A stretch of DNA of 32,000 nt. Origin: Halalkalibacterium halodurans (GTDB taxonomy: Bacteria > Bacillota > Bacilli > Bacillales > Bacillaceae_D). The DNA lies in contig NZ_SNUY01000037.1 in NCBI RefSeq assembly GCF_004376175.1, positions 1 through 32,000 on the forward strand, read 5' to 3'. Below the pieces are notes generated by a model. The model made no database searches and was not told the DNA's origin. It saw only the letters and a program-made list of their open reading frames with translations. Of this stretch, positions 7,303 to 15,748 are shown piece after piece. The position numbers and the translations under genes are program-made. Within the stretch, counting starts at the first letter, position 1. The number at the start of each line of letters is the position of its first letter.

Positions 7303-8949
7303 GTGGTGGAATCATTGCATTTTGAGCCGTTATACATTTTTAACTCAAAATACCGCTGCCGTTATGAATACGGACTAAACCCAAAAGAACTTCCAAGCCT
7401 TGATCCATATTATCCAACACAAATTCTTGAACATAGGCAAGCACAATACAAAGAGTTTTTAGAGATTACGAAACCTTTTGTTGATAAGCTTCTTTTGTAT
7501 TTGAAAGGGATCCCTACATTGATTATCGTCACCGATCATGAACGTGTCGTCCTTGATGTAACGGGGGAAGCCTTTTTTCAAGAAGAGCTCGGATTAAAGC
7601 CAGGATTGGCCTTTACGGAAAAGGGGGCAGGAACGAATGCTGTAGACTTAGCGCTTACATATGAGAAGACGTTCCAAGTCAAAGGAAAGGAACACTTCTT
7701 TGAAAGTATGCACAACTTTTCATGTACAAGCTGCTTATTTAGTACAGTTAATTGGTATAATGAACCTCAAAAGGGAACAATCGGGATTATGACAAGCGTG
7801 GAAAATGCCAGTCCGCTACATAGTGGTCTGTTATCTTCAGTCGTTGATGGGATTGAGCGAGAATTTAAGCTACGGGTTCAAAATCGCAAGTTGGAAAGCC
7901 TGAATCAAATTATGGTCACAACGTCGAGAAACGGAATTGTTATTACGGATAAAGAAGGCAAGATAACCGAGTGCAACCATAGCGCGGAAGAGTTGTTTGC
8001 CATTGATCGTGAGGATATGTTAGGGAAGAAGGTTCGCGAGGTTCAGCCATTTGGCGAATATGTTGAGTTAGCCGTGAGGAAGAAACAACGCATTGACAAC
8101 ATGGATTTAAACTTTATAAACATTGAAAATAAGATGAAGTATATTACGATGGACGTATCACCAATCTACGGAAAAAATCAAGAATTTATTGGTGCTTATG
8201 GCCAATTTCGTGATATCACGGATCGTGTAGAACTAGAACAGCAAGTAATTCAAAATGAGAAATTCTCTGCGATAGGTCGACTGAGTGCTGGGCTTGCCCA
8301 TGAAATACGGAATCCGTTAACACCGATTATTGGTTTCGTGAATCTATTAAAAAATGAAAGCTATTTAGATGAAAAGGCGAAGCAATACTTACGAATCATG
8401 TCAGATGAGCTGGAGCGAGTTCGCAAGCTCGTAAATGATTTTGTGATCGTCTCAAAGCCGGAGCCGCCAGAGTTAAAGAAAACGAGTCTACATACTCTTG
8501 TTGAGCAAGTAATTCGCTTTATGGAAAGTCAAGGATCTTTACATAATGTTCAAATGGAAGTAAATCATTCGATTGATGAAACGGATGAATTACTAGTAGA
8601 TGCAAGTCAAATGAAGCAAGTGTTGATCAATCTCCTAACGAACGCGATGGATGCGATGGAGCGCGGGGGAGCCATTCGAGTAGAGACCGGAAAAGATTTA
8701 GGGAATGGCATGTTCTCAATCAAAGTCCAAGATGAAGGATGTGGAATGAGCGAAGACCAATTAAATCAATTATTTAACCCGTTCTTCACAACGAAAGATG
8801 ATGGATTAGGATTAGGATTATCGATTTGTTATCGAATCATTAAAAACCATGGAGGAACGATCAATGTTGTTTCCCAGCTGGGTGAAGGCTCGACATTCGA
8901 AATATTACTTCCGGTAAAAGAAGGACGAGAAGCATTCATTTTTGAATGA
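7303..8949 (+). CDS. Soluble (no TM) sensor histidine kinase: N-terminal sensor domain, PAS, HisKA, HATPase_c; no adjacent response regulator
   Basis: GTG 7303 lies 6 nt after GGAGGGA (7290-7296). H-box FSAIGRLSAGLAHEIRNPL, N-box LINLLTNAMDA, G1 QDEGCGM, G2 GLGLGLSI. PAS-like segment IVITDKEGKITECNHSAEELFAI. No hydrophobic segments. Confidence 0.85.
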   Translation: MVESLHFEPLYIFNSKYRCRYEYGLNPKELPSLDPYYPTQILEHRQAQYKEFLEITKPFVDKLLLYLKGIPTLIIVTDHERVVLDVTGEAFFQEELGLKPGLAFTEKGAGTNAVDLALTYEKTFQVKGKEHFFESMHNFSCTSCLFSTVNWYNEPQKGTIGIMTSVENASPLHSGLLSSVVDGIEREFKLRVQNRKLESLNQIMVTTSRNGIVITDKEGKITECNHSAEELFAIDREDMLGKKVREVQPFGEYVELAVRKKQRIDNMDLNFINIENKMKYITMDVSPIYGKNQEFIGAYGQFRDITDRVELEQQVIQNEKFSAIGRLSAGLAHEIRNPLTPIIGFVNLLKNESYLDEKAKQYLRIMSDELERVRKLVNDFVIVSKPEPPELKKTSLHTLVEQVIRFMESQGSLHNVQMEVNHSIDETDELLVDASQMKQVLINLLTNAMDAMERGGAIRVETGKDLGNGMFSIKVQDEGCGMSEDQLNQLFNPFFTTKDDGLGLGLSICYRIIKNHGGTINVVSQLGEGSTFEILLPVKEGREAFIFE

Positions 8950-9010
8950 TGCTACTTGAACAAGAAAAAAATTCAGTAAACGGATTTTTTAACTATGAGG
9001 AGAGATAAAT

Positions 9011-9391
9011 GTGTCAGCTTTTGAAAATGCACTAAAGGCATATATTACTGCAACTAATACCCATCGGTTTGAGGAAGTTGAAAAGTGCCTGCACCCTCAC
9101 GCCGTCTATTGGTTTACAGACGAAACATGTACAACGATGGAACAAATTCGAGCTTATTTCGAGCACGCTTGGAATACAGTTCAAGGTGAAATTTACTCTG
9201 CTCATAATGTATATTGGCTAACGACAGGGGATGATAATGCTACATGTATTTATACGTTTCATTATGAAGGGATTATGAACGGGAAACATGTGACAGGCAG
9301 TGGTCGAGCCACCAATGTATTTACGAAGGTTAAGCATGGAGAGTGGTTGTTAATTCATGAACATTTGAGTGCACCGTCCGAGCGGAAATAA
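9011..9391 (+). CDS. SnoaL/DUF4440-like (NTF2-fold) protein
   Basis: GTG start behind GAGGAGAG. 126 aa with the ..YFEHAWNT..GSGRATNVFTKVKHGEWLLIHEHLS pattern typical of NTF2-like/DUF4440 proteins. Confidence 0.6.
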   Translation: MSAFENALKAYITATNTHRFEEVEKCLHPHAVYWFTDETCTTMEQIRAYFEHAWNTVQGEIYSAHNVYWLTTGDDNATCIYTFHYEGIMNGKHVTGSGRATNVFTKVKHGEWLLIHEHLSAPSERK

Positions 9392-9409
9392 CCAAGAGGG
9401 AGGAACGAG

Positions 9410-9803
9410 ATGGAAACTCCTTCACATCATCTAAATCTGTTTGAATCTCACTTGTTACGTTATTATCAAGCAGCATCCCTGTTCGGCGATGAGGAGAGCA
9501 TCGAGCGTACGCTGCTTGCTCATTATAAATGGCTGAAAAAAAGCCATATTTTCGATCAACGAGATCTTACAGCTACAACCATTCAACGCTTCATCCATGA
9601 TTGCAAACGATTTAGTCGTAAACCGAAAGACCCTTTACTCAAGCAACTACCTAATTGGTGCTGTTCACATTTTTAAGCTTCCCATTGAGCAAGCTGCCGA
9701 TGTATTGGGTATTTCTTACAGTAAACTGTTGAAACGTCAACTTCAGATTATTGAAAAGGTTGAGCCTTCTGTGGCTGTCATCGGATCGTGCTCTGTACCT
9801 TAA
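9410..9803 (+). pseudogene. Short sigma-70/ECF-like HTH protein, apparently split by a frameshift near 9650
   Basis: ORF 9410-9676 (RBS GAGGGAGG) has a region-2-like segment LFGDEESIERTLLAHYKWLKK..IQRFIHDCKRFSRKPK ending ..LLKQLPN. The overlapping ORF in the next frame carries a region-4-like HTH LIGAVHIFKLPIEQAADVLGISYSKLLKRQLQIIEKV. Neither piece alone is a plausible complete protein. Confidence 0.35.
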
Positions 9804-10854
9804 ACGTTGCTCGTTGAATATGTTTATGATCAGCTTTATTTCTGAGCGAGAGAGGGTAACAAGCTCCATGGGTTTCTGGCAGCAACAGTCCACTCATGTC
9901 GACGAAGCAAATGCCACATATGAAGGGGATTTTTATTTGCAGCCGATCCATGCAGATGAAGGATACCTCTCTTTAGAAATACGAGATCTATTTGTACATA
10001 ATTGGGATGCATCGGGTGATTGGGAGTCTCATGTTGTTTATGGTGAGTGGCATTTTGAGATTCCTGTAGAAAAATCACCTACTGTCATCAAGCAGGTAGA
10101 TGAAAAAACAACCATCATCGATCAAGATTGGTTTATTGATGAAGTGATATTTGCTCCGACAGCTACCTTTATCCATTATTATTCAGAAATCAACGATACT
10201 CATTTCGCTTCCTTCTCGCCTAAGATGATCGATCAAAATGGGAAAGAAGTGGAAGCGATCGATCCATTGACTCCGTTTGAAACATCTCTTTTTACTCAAG
10301 AAGTGTGGGATTCCTATTTAGTTTTTCCGCCATTGTACGACGACATTCCAGATCAATTAATCATAAAGATGACAATGGCAGAAATCTTAAAAGAGGTCTT
10401 TTTTGAACAAAAGCTTACATTACATGAAGGGGAAGAGACGACTTTTTCATTTTTAAACTCTGACATTCAGGTGAGCCGCTTATCAGGTGAGCGATTTTCA
10501 ACGTTTGTCTTTACGTTCGAAGAAAACATAGAGCGGCCTTTTCATCATATTGATATTTCTGCGAGCGTTAAGCTAGCTGATAAAGTTAGAAGATTAAACA
10601 ATTACTCATTTACAACCAATTCAATCATTCACCTTGAACGAAATGGTCAGGAAATTCCAGAAGCACAATTAGAGCGGTTTACTTATCAAGATTTTATAAG
10701 TTTGCCGTTAGAAATATCGATGGAATTTTCGAACATACCTGAGGATCTATCGGACGTTACGTTTGAGATTTTACTTTATTCAAAAAGTGAATTCCTTGAT
10801 GAAAAAATGATCATTGATTTGTCAGAAGAATCGTTCGAAAAGCGTAGCCATTAA
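9751..10854 (+). CDS. Hypothetical protein, possibly the extracytoplasmic part of an anti-sigma-type partner (DUF4179-like by recollection); N-terminus uncertain or missing
   Basis: Long clean ORF. Beta-rich acidic sequence (..GDWESHVVYGEWHFEIPVEK..). No TM helix or zinc-finger anti-sigma N-domain in any frame between 9803 and about 9870. Candidate internal start is ATG 9868. Confidence 0.4.
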   Translation: MKRLSLLWLSSDRALYLKRCSLNMFMISFISERERVTSSMGFWQQQSTHVDEANATYEGDFYLQPIHADEGYLSLEIRDLFVHNWDASGDWESHVVYGEWHFEIPVEKSPTVIKQVDEKTTIIDQDWFIDEVIFAPTATFIHYYSEINDTHFASFSPKMIDQNGKEVEAIDPLTPFETSLFTQEVWDSYLVFPPLYDDIPDQLIIKMTMAEILKEVFFEQKLTLHEGEETTFSFLNSDIQVSRLSGERFSTFVFTFEENIERPFHHIDISASVKLADKVRRLNNYSFTTNSIIHLERNGQEIPEAQLERFTYQDFISLPLEISMEFSNIPEDLSDVTFEILLYSKSEFLDEKMIIDLSEESFEKRSH

Positions 10855-10872
10855 AGGAAGGCTATGCTTTTT
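10841..10872 (+). terminator. Rho-independent terminator
   Basis: AGCGTAGCC..10-nt loop..GGCTATGCT (one G-U pair) followed by TTTT (10869-10872). It overlaps the stop codon. Confidence 0.55.
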
Positions 10873-10921
10873 CACATGACTTGAACTAAGAAAAAGTATT
10901 TTACGGAAAATAAAAAAACTC

Positions 10922-10950
10922 TTGCCAAGGGAAAGAAAAACGACTACAAT
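10922..10950 (+). promoter_or_regulatory. Sigma-A-type promoter of the beta-glucosidase/ABC operon
   Basis: TTGCCA (10922-10927), exactly 17 nt, then TACAAT (10945-10950). An operator-like site starts 7 nt downstream. Confidence 0.5.
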
Positions 10951-10956
10951 AATTTA

Positions 10957-10970
10957 CGAAAGCGGTTTCA
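10957..10970. promoter_or_regulatory. cre-like operator CGAAAGCGGTTTCA
   Basis: The reverse complement TGAAACCGCTTTCG matches the CcpA cre consensus TGWAANCGNTNWCA at 13 of 14 positions. It sits at the predicted transcription start. Confidence 0.45.
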
Positions 10971-11032
10971 TTATTTATTATATAAATTCGCTGTCTCTGT
11001 GGTAATCATAGAGATATTATTAGAATCTTTTT

Positions 11033-11046
11033 CGAAAGCGCTTTAG
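11033..11046. promoter_or_regulatory. Palindromic operator CGAAAGCGCTTTAG (core AAAGCGCTTT)
   Basis: Perfect 10-bp palindrome, 26 nt upstream of the GH1 start. An identical 14-mer recurs at 12483-12496. Confidence 0.5.
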
Positions 11047-11071
11047 TTATTTAGTGGAGAGGAGTTTTAAC

Positions 11072-12415
11072 GTGTCGATCATTCAATTTCCGAAAGAAAT
11101 GAAATGGGGAGTGGCAACCGCTTCCTATCAAATTGAAGGAGCAATCAATGCTGGAGGTAGAGGCGCTTCAATATGGGACGTCTTTGCGAAAACTCCAGGG
11201 AAAGTAAAGAACGGTGACAATGGAGATGTGGCTTGTGATAGCTATCATCGCTATGAAGAAGATATTGAGATAATGAAGGATTTAGGCGTGGATATGTATC
11301 GCTTCTCTGTTGCTTGGCCGCGAATTTTTCCGAATGGTACAGGGGAGGTGTCACGTGAAGGATTAGATTATTACCATCGACTTGTTGATCGTTTAACCGA
11401 AAACGGGATTCAACCGATGTGTACTCTCTACCATTGGGATTTGCCGCAAGCATTGCAAGAAAAAGGCGGGTGGGATAATCGCGACACGATCGATGCTTTT
11501 GTCTGTTATGCTGAGATTATGTTCGAAGAGTTCGGGGATAAAATCGACCACTGGATTACCTTTAATGAACCGTGGTGCGTTTCTTTCCTTTCAAATTACA
11601 TCGGTGTCCATGCACCTGGGAATACCGATCTCCAGTTAGCGGCAAATGTGGCCCACCATCTTCTAGTTGCTCATGGAAAAGCGGTTCAGTCGTATCGAAA
11701 AATGGGGCTTAATGGACAAATCGGATACGCGCCAAATGTGGAATGGAATGAGCCTTTCAGCAATCAAAGGGAAGACGCGGAAGCTTGCAAACGGGGAAAT
11801 GGTTGGTTTATCGAATGGTTTATGGATCCTGTCTTCAAGGGAGCTTACCCATCTTTCTTAGTCGAATGGTTTGAGAAGAAAGGGATAACCGTACCCATTG
11901 AGGCTGGAGATATGGAGACGATTCAGCAACCAATTGATTTTTTAGGAATTAACTATTATACAGGAAGTGTTGCCCGCTACAAGGAGAACGAAGGACTATT
12001 TGATCTAGAAAAAGTAGACGCAGGGTATGAGAAAACGGATATTGGCTGGAACATTTATCCTGAAGGCTTTTACAAAGTGTTGTCCTATATAACTGAGCAA
12101 TATGGTCAAATCCCGATTTATATTACGGAAAATGGGTCTTGTTACAATGATGAACCTGTGAATGGGCAAGTGAAGGATGAGGGTCGAATCCGCTACTTGA
12201 GCCAGCATTTGACGGCACTAAAGCGTAGCATGGAGTCAGGTGTCAACATTAAAGGATACATGGCGTGGTCATTGCTCGATAATTTTGAATGGGCCGAGGG
12301 CTACAGTATGAGGTTTGGCATCGTTCACGTCAATTATCGAACGTTGGAACGGACGAAGAAGGATAGTTTCTATTGGTATAAACAAATGATTGCCAATCAG
12401 TTCTTTGAACTTTAA
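11072..12415 (+). CDS. Glycoside hydrolase family 1 beta-glucosidase
   Basis: GTG 11072 lies 7 nt after GGAGAGGAG. WGVATASYQIEG N-terminus. Acid/base motif TFNEPW and nucleophile motif YITENG. Confidence 0.93.
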   Translation: MSIIQFPKEMKWGVATASYQIEGAINAGGRGASIWDVFAKTPGKVKNGDNGDVACDSYHRYEEDIEIMKDLGVDMYRFSVAWPRIFPNGTGEVSREGLDYYHRLVDRLTENGIQPMCTLYHWDLPQALQEKGGWDNRDTIDAFVCYAEIMFEEFGDKIDHWITFNEPWCVSFLSNYIGVHAPGNTDLQLAANVAHHLLVAHGKAVQSYRKMGLNGQIGYAPNVEWNEPFSNQREDAEACKRGNGWFIEWFMDPVFKGAYPSFLVEWFEKKGITVPIEAGDMETIQQPIDFLGINYYTGSVARYKENEGLFDLEKVDAGYEKTDIGWNIYPEGFYKVLSYITEQYGQIPIYITENGSCYNDEPVNGQVKDEGRIRYLSQHLTALKRSMESGVNIKGYMAWSLLDNFEWAEGYSMRFGIVHVNYRTLERTKKDSFYWYKQMIANQFFEL

Positions 12416-12482
12416 GAGGTTAATTGATTTATAGCAGCAAGCGACCATTTTTTTCTCAAGATTCAACTTACTTTAATGTTTG

Positions 12483-12496
12483 CGAAAGCGCTTTAG
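12483..12496. promoter_or_regulatory. Second copy of palindromic operator CGAAAGCGCTTTAG
   Basis: Identical 14-mer to 11033-11046. It lies in the 170-nt gap between the GH1 gene and the binding-protein gene. Confidence 0.5.
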
Positions 12497-12511
12497 GTTT
12501 TGTGATCGCAT

Positions 12512-12572
12512 GAAAGGAGGTGAAATGAGAAAAATCAATTATTCTTTAGGATTATATGCTTACAAAGAATGA
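12512..12572 (+). other. Perfect Shine-Dalgarno AAAGGAGGTGA plus a 15-codon uORF (MRKINYSLGLYAYKE). Candidate leader peptide or STAB-SD-like element.
   Basis: The sequence at 12513-12523 is fully complementary to the Bacillus 16S rRNA 3' end. ATG 12525 to TGA 12570-12572, and the TGA overlaps the RBS GAAGGGGG of the next gene. Confidence 0.4.
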
Positions 12573-12585
12573 AGGGGGAATAACG

Positions 12586-13866
12586 ATGAAAAAAATGAAA
12601 TTGCTTAGTATTGGTTTTGTTTCGGCACTCTTGTTCGTTGGTTGTAATGGTCAGCAAGCGTCAGACAACGATCCTGAGTCGCCTACTAGTGAAGATCAAG
12701 TCGAATTAGTGTTTTGGGAGTTTGGAAACACAGGCTATGACAAACTCATTGCCGAGTACGAAGAAGAAAATCCTCATGTGAAGATTAACCTACAAAACAG
12801 TGACATGAATGACCTTCATGATAATTTATTTACATCCATATCTGCTGGAAGTGGAGCACCAGATATTACGATGATTGAAGAAGCGCAAATGGAACGTTAT
12901 CGTAACGCAGAACAAGCGTTTTACAATTTGTATGAATTCGGTGCGGAGAATGTACAAGATCAATACTTAGATTGGGTTTGGAGACGAGGCGAGAATGCAG
13001 ATGGGACCTTTATGTTTGGATTACCAACAGACATTGGACCGACGGTCATGTATTACCGTACCGATGTGTTTGAAGAAGCCGGCTTTGATTCATCGCCAGA
13101 GGCTGTAAGTGAACTCGTCGCAACTTGGGATGATTTTGAACGCGTGGCAGACGAGATTTATGAGAAAACAGGCAAGCAAATGGCAGATGGCGCAGAGTTA
13201 ATTTATAACGCAAAGCGTGATCAAGCAAAACAACAATACTTTAACGAAGAAGATCAGTTGATCATTGAAGACCACGAGCACATTCGTGACGCTTTTGACT
13301 ATACCGCTCGTTTGCTTGACAAAGGTGTTATTGGTGATATTCCTCTTTGGACGCCAGAATGGTTTGCTGGCATGGGCGATGGCTCGTATGCAACGATGTT
13401 AGCGCCTGCATGGATGCAAGGAGTTATTAAAGACAATGAACCAGAAGAAGGGGTTTGGTCGATCTCCACTATGCCTGAAGGTGCTGGAAACTGGGGAGGC
13501 TCGTATGTAGCAATTCCAGCGGAATCAGAGCATCCTGAAGAGGCGTACAAATTTGTCGAGTGGTTAACTGCACCTGAGCAACAATTAAAGTCATTTTTAG
13601 ACTACGGACTGTTCCCATCAGCTCCAGCCGTTTACGAGATGTCAGAATTTATGGATTATGAAGATGCGTATTTTGGTGGATTGAAAACAGCACAAATATT
13701 TTCTGAAGCAGCACAAGCTGTCGAGCCTGTTTATAAAGGAAGAAACTATTATCCAATAGATGAGGAAATCAAACAAGCAATCGATAATGTTGCCGCGGGC
13801 TCAGAGCCAGATGACGAGTGGGAGGCAGCGATAAAACGGATTCAAGATGTTTTAAATCGTCAATAG
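12586..13866 (+). CDS. CUT1 family extracellular sugar-binding lipoprotein
   Basis: ATG 12586 behind GAAGGGGG. Signal peptide with lipobox LLFVGC. About 420 aa family-1 solute-binding protein pattern. Confidence 0.9.
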   Translation: MKKMKLLSIGFVSALLFVGCNGQQASDNDPESPTSEDQVELVFWEFGNTGYDKLIAEYEEENPHVKINLQNSDMNDLHDNLFTSISAGSGAPDITMIEEAQMERYRNAEQAFYNLYEFGAENVQDQYLDWVWRRGENADGTFMFGLPTDIGPTVMYYRTDVFEEAGFDSSPEAVSELVATWDDFERVADEIYEKTGKQMADGAELIYNAKRDQAKQQYFNEEDQLIIEDHEHIRDAFDYTARLLDKGVIGDIPLWTPEWFAGMGDGSYATMLAPAWMQGVIKDNEPEEGVWSISTMPEGAGNWGGSYVAIPAESEHPEEAYKFVEWLTAPEQQLKSFLDYGLFPSAPAVYEMSEFMDYEDAYFGGLKTAQIFSEAAQAVEPVYKGRNYYPIDEEIKQAIDNVAAGSEPDDEWEAAIKRIQDVLNRQ

Positions 13867-13875
13867 GTGGCAGTT

Positions 13876-13903
13876 GAAGGGAGAGGGATTCTTCTCTCCC
13901 TTC
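13876..13903 (+). promoter_or_regulatory. Intercistronic stem-loop (perfect 10-bp stem) without a T-tract
   Basis: GAAGGGAGAG (13876-13885), loop GGATTCTT, CTCTCCCTTC (13894-13903). It lies between the binding-protein stop and the permease RBS. Confidence 0.6.
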
Positions 13904-13929
13904 GCTCCACAAAGGAAGGAGGAAATTCG

Positions 13930-14847
13930 TTGGCACACTCGGCGAAGGAACGATGGTTAACAGAAGAAAGACGGACGGCACTATCAGCGTATGCGTTCAT
14001 CTCACCCTTTTTTATTCTGTTTGCAGTTTTCGGTTTGTTTCCAATGATCTTCAGTTTTTACTTGTCATTTTTCAGGTGGGACGGTCTGAACCCAATGAGC
14101 TATGTGGGTTTAGCCAATTTTCAACTTATTTTTAATGATCCGACGTTTTTTTCTGCCATCAAAAATACGTTCATTATTGGAATTCTCGGGACGTTACCGC
14201 AAATTATCATCGGTATTTTACTCGCGTTCGCGTTGAATTCCGCGTTGATTCGATTTCAGCATACATTTCGGACGCTTGTTTTTTTACCTTACATTACGTC
14301 GATCGTCGCTGTGGCGATTATTTTCGGCCTCGTGTTTAATAATCAGCCGTTCGGGCTTGCGAACTATGTATTAAGTTTATTTAATATTGATCCGGTCCGC
14401 TGGAGTCAGGAATACTGGCCGGTAAAAATCGCGATTGCGACCATGGTGTTTTGGCGCTGGGTTGGGTACAACACGATTATCTTTTTGGCAGGAATGCAAA
14501 GCATTCCAAAGGAGCTTTATGAAGCGGCGAAAATCGACGGTGCCACCATTGGGCAGCAAATTCGCCTCATTACGGTACCGATGCTAAAGCCGTTTATTTT
14601 GTTTGTGGTGTTTACGGCAACGATAGGAAGCTTGCAGCTATTTACGGAGCCGTTAATCTTTTTAGGGCGCGGCCTGCGAGAAGAAGGGATCACAATGGTT
14701 GCGTACTTATGGCGAGATGCGTTTGTGCTTAATGCCTTTGGAACAGCTTCTGCTGCAGCGATTGTTTTATTTTTCATTATTATTACCCTTACGGCGATCA
14801 ATTTGCTCATTACGAATCGGATTGGCCGTTCAAAAAAAGTGATGTGA
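13930..14847 (+). CDS. CUT1 sugar ABC transporter permease (MalF-like)
   Basis: TTG 13930 lies 6 nt after GGAAGGAGGA. EAA loop ELYEAAKIDGATIGQQIRLITVPMLKP. The part of the listed ORF upstream of 13930 covers the hairpin and is unlikely to be coding. Confidence 0.88.
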   Translation: MAHSAKERWLTEERRTALSAYAFISPFFILFAVFGLFPMIFSFYLSFFRWDGLNPMSYVGLANFQLIFNDPTFFSAIKNTFIIGILGTLPQIIIGILLAFALNSALIRFQHTFRTLVFLPYITSIVAVAIIFGLVFNNQPFGLANYVLSLFNIDPVRWSQEYWPVKIAIATMVFWRWVGYNTIIFLAGMQSIPKELYEAAKIDGATIGQQIRLITVPMLKPFILFVVFTATIGSLQLFTEPLIFLGRGLREEGITMVAYLWRDAFVLNAFGTASAAAIVLFFIIITLTAINLLITNRIGRSKKVM

Positions 14848-14860
14848 GGAGGGAACAAAA

Positions 14861-15718
14861 GTGGATCGAACGAAAGAGAAAGAAGTAGGGAGCCCTCGAT
14901 TTTCGATAAAAAAACTGGCCGTCTACCTGTTTTTACTTATCGCGTCGCTTGCCTCACTATTTCCGTTTTACTATATGTTTGTTATGGCAACGCGGCTGAA
15001 CCGTGAGATCAATCAAGTACCTCCACCTTTTACCCCAGGGCGAGACTTGGTGAACAATTTCCAAAAAGTACTTGACAACATCGACTTCTTTGGTGCAATG
15101 TGGAACTCCCTTGTCGTGTCTACATCGGTCACGATCGGAACGTTATTTCTTTGCTCACTCGCGGGCTATGCGTTTGCGAAGCTTGCGTTCAAAGGGAAAA
15201 ATGTACTGTTCGTCTTTATTTTGATTACGATGATGGTCCCTCCTCAATTGGGGCTGATTCCTCAATATTACATTATTACGGAACTTGGCTGGCTGAACGA
15301 TTATCGCGCCATCATTGTCCCTGGATTAATTAATGCATTCGGGATTTTTTGGATGAGGCAATATATTAAAGAAGGGGTGCCGACTGAATTAATAGAAGCG
15401 GCACGAATGGATGGGTGCTCAACCTTTAGAATTTATTGGAACATTGTCGTTCCCATGATTCTCCCTGCATTCGCTACGCTAGGAATCATCGTCTTTATGC
15501 AAGTATGGAACGATTTCCTCTGGCCGCTCGTCGTCCTGCGTGATCCTTCCATGCATACGTTGCAAGTGGCCTTACGATCGTTAAACGATGCAAGGCAAAT
15601 GGATTATGGGATGATCATGTCAGGAACATTTTGGGCTACTGTCCCACTAATTATCGTCTTTCTCTTGTTCAATCGACTGTTTATCGACAGTCTGTCTGAA
15701 GGGGCAGTGAAAAGCTAA
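14861..15718 (+). CDS. CUT1 sugar ABC transporter permease (MalG-like)
   Basis: GTG start behind GAGGAGGG. EAA loop ELIEAARMDGCSTFRIYWNIVVPMILP. Confidence 0.9.
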   Translation: MDRTKEKEVGSPRFSIKKLAVYLFLLIASLASLFPFYYMFVMATRLNREINQVPPPFTPGRDLVNNFQKVLDNIDFFGAMWNSLVVSTSVTIGTLFLCSLAGYAFAKLAFKGKNVLFVFILITMMVPPQLGLIPQYYIITELGWLNDYRAIIVPGLINAFGIFWMRQYIKEGVPTELIEAARMDGCSTFRIYWNIVVPMILPAFATLGIIVFMQVWNDFLWPLVVLRDPSMHTLQVALRSLNDARQMDYGMIMSGTFWATVPLIIVFLLFNRLFIDSLSEGAVKS

Positions 15719-15748
15719 GTCTGAAAAAAAGAAAAGCGAGGGTTTACA

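Noticed and set aside
7079-7378. 99-aa Cys/His-rich ORF upstream of and overlapping the kinase start
   Set aside because: There is no convincing RBS (only AGAGAAAAA). The sequence has a low-complexity look and overlaps the better-supported GTG 7303 start by 75 nt. It is most likely untranslated leader.
12556-12585. Upstream ATG 12556 as the start of the binding-protein gene, and 13867 as the start of the permease
   Set aside because: Both lack an RBS. The downstream starts (12586 and 13930) have good GGAGG-type sites and give normal signal-peptide or TM N-termini. The 13867 extension would translate through the intercistronic hairpin.
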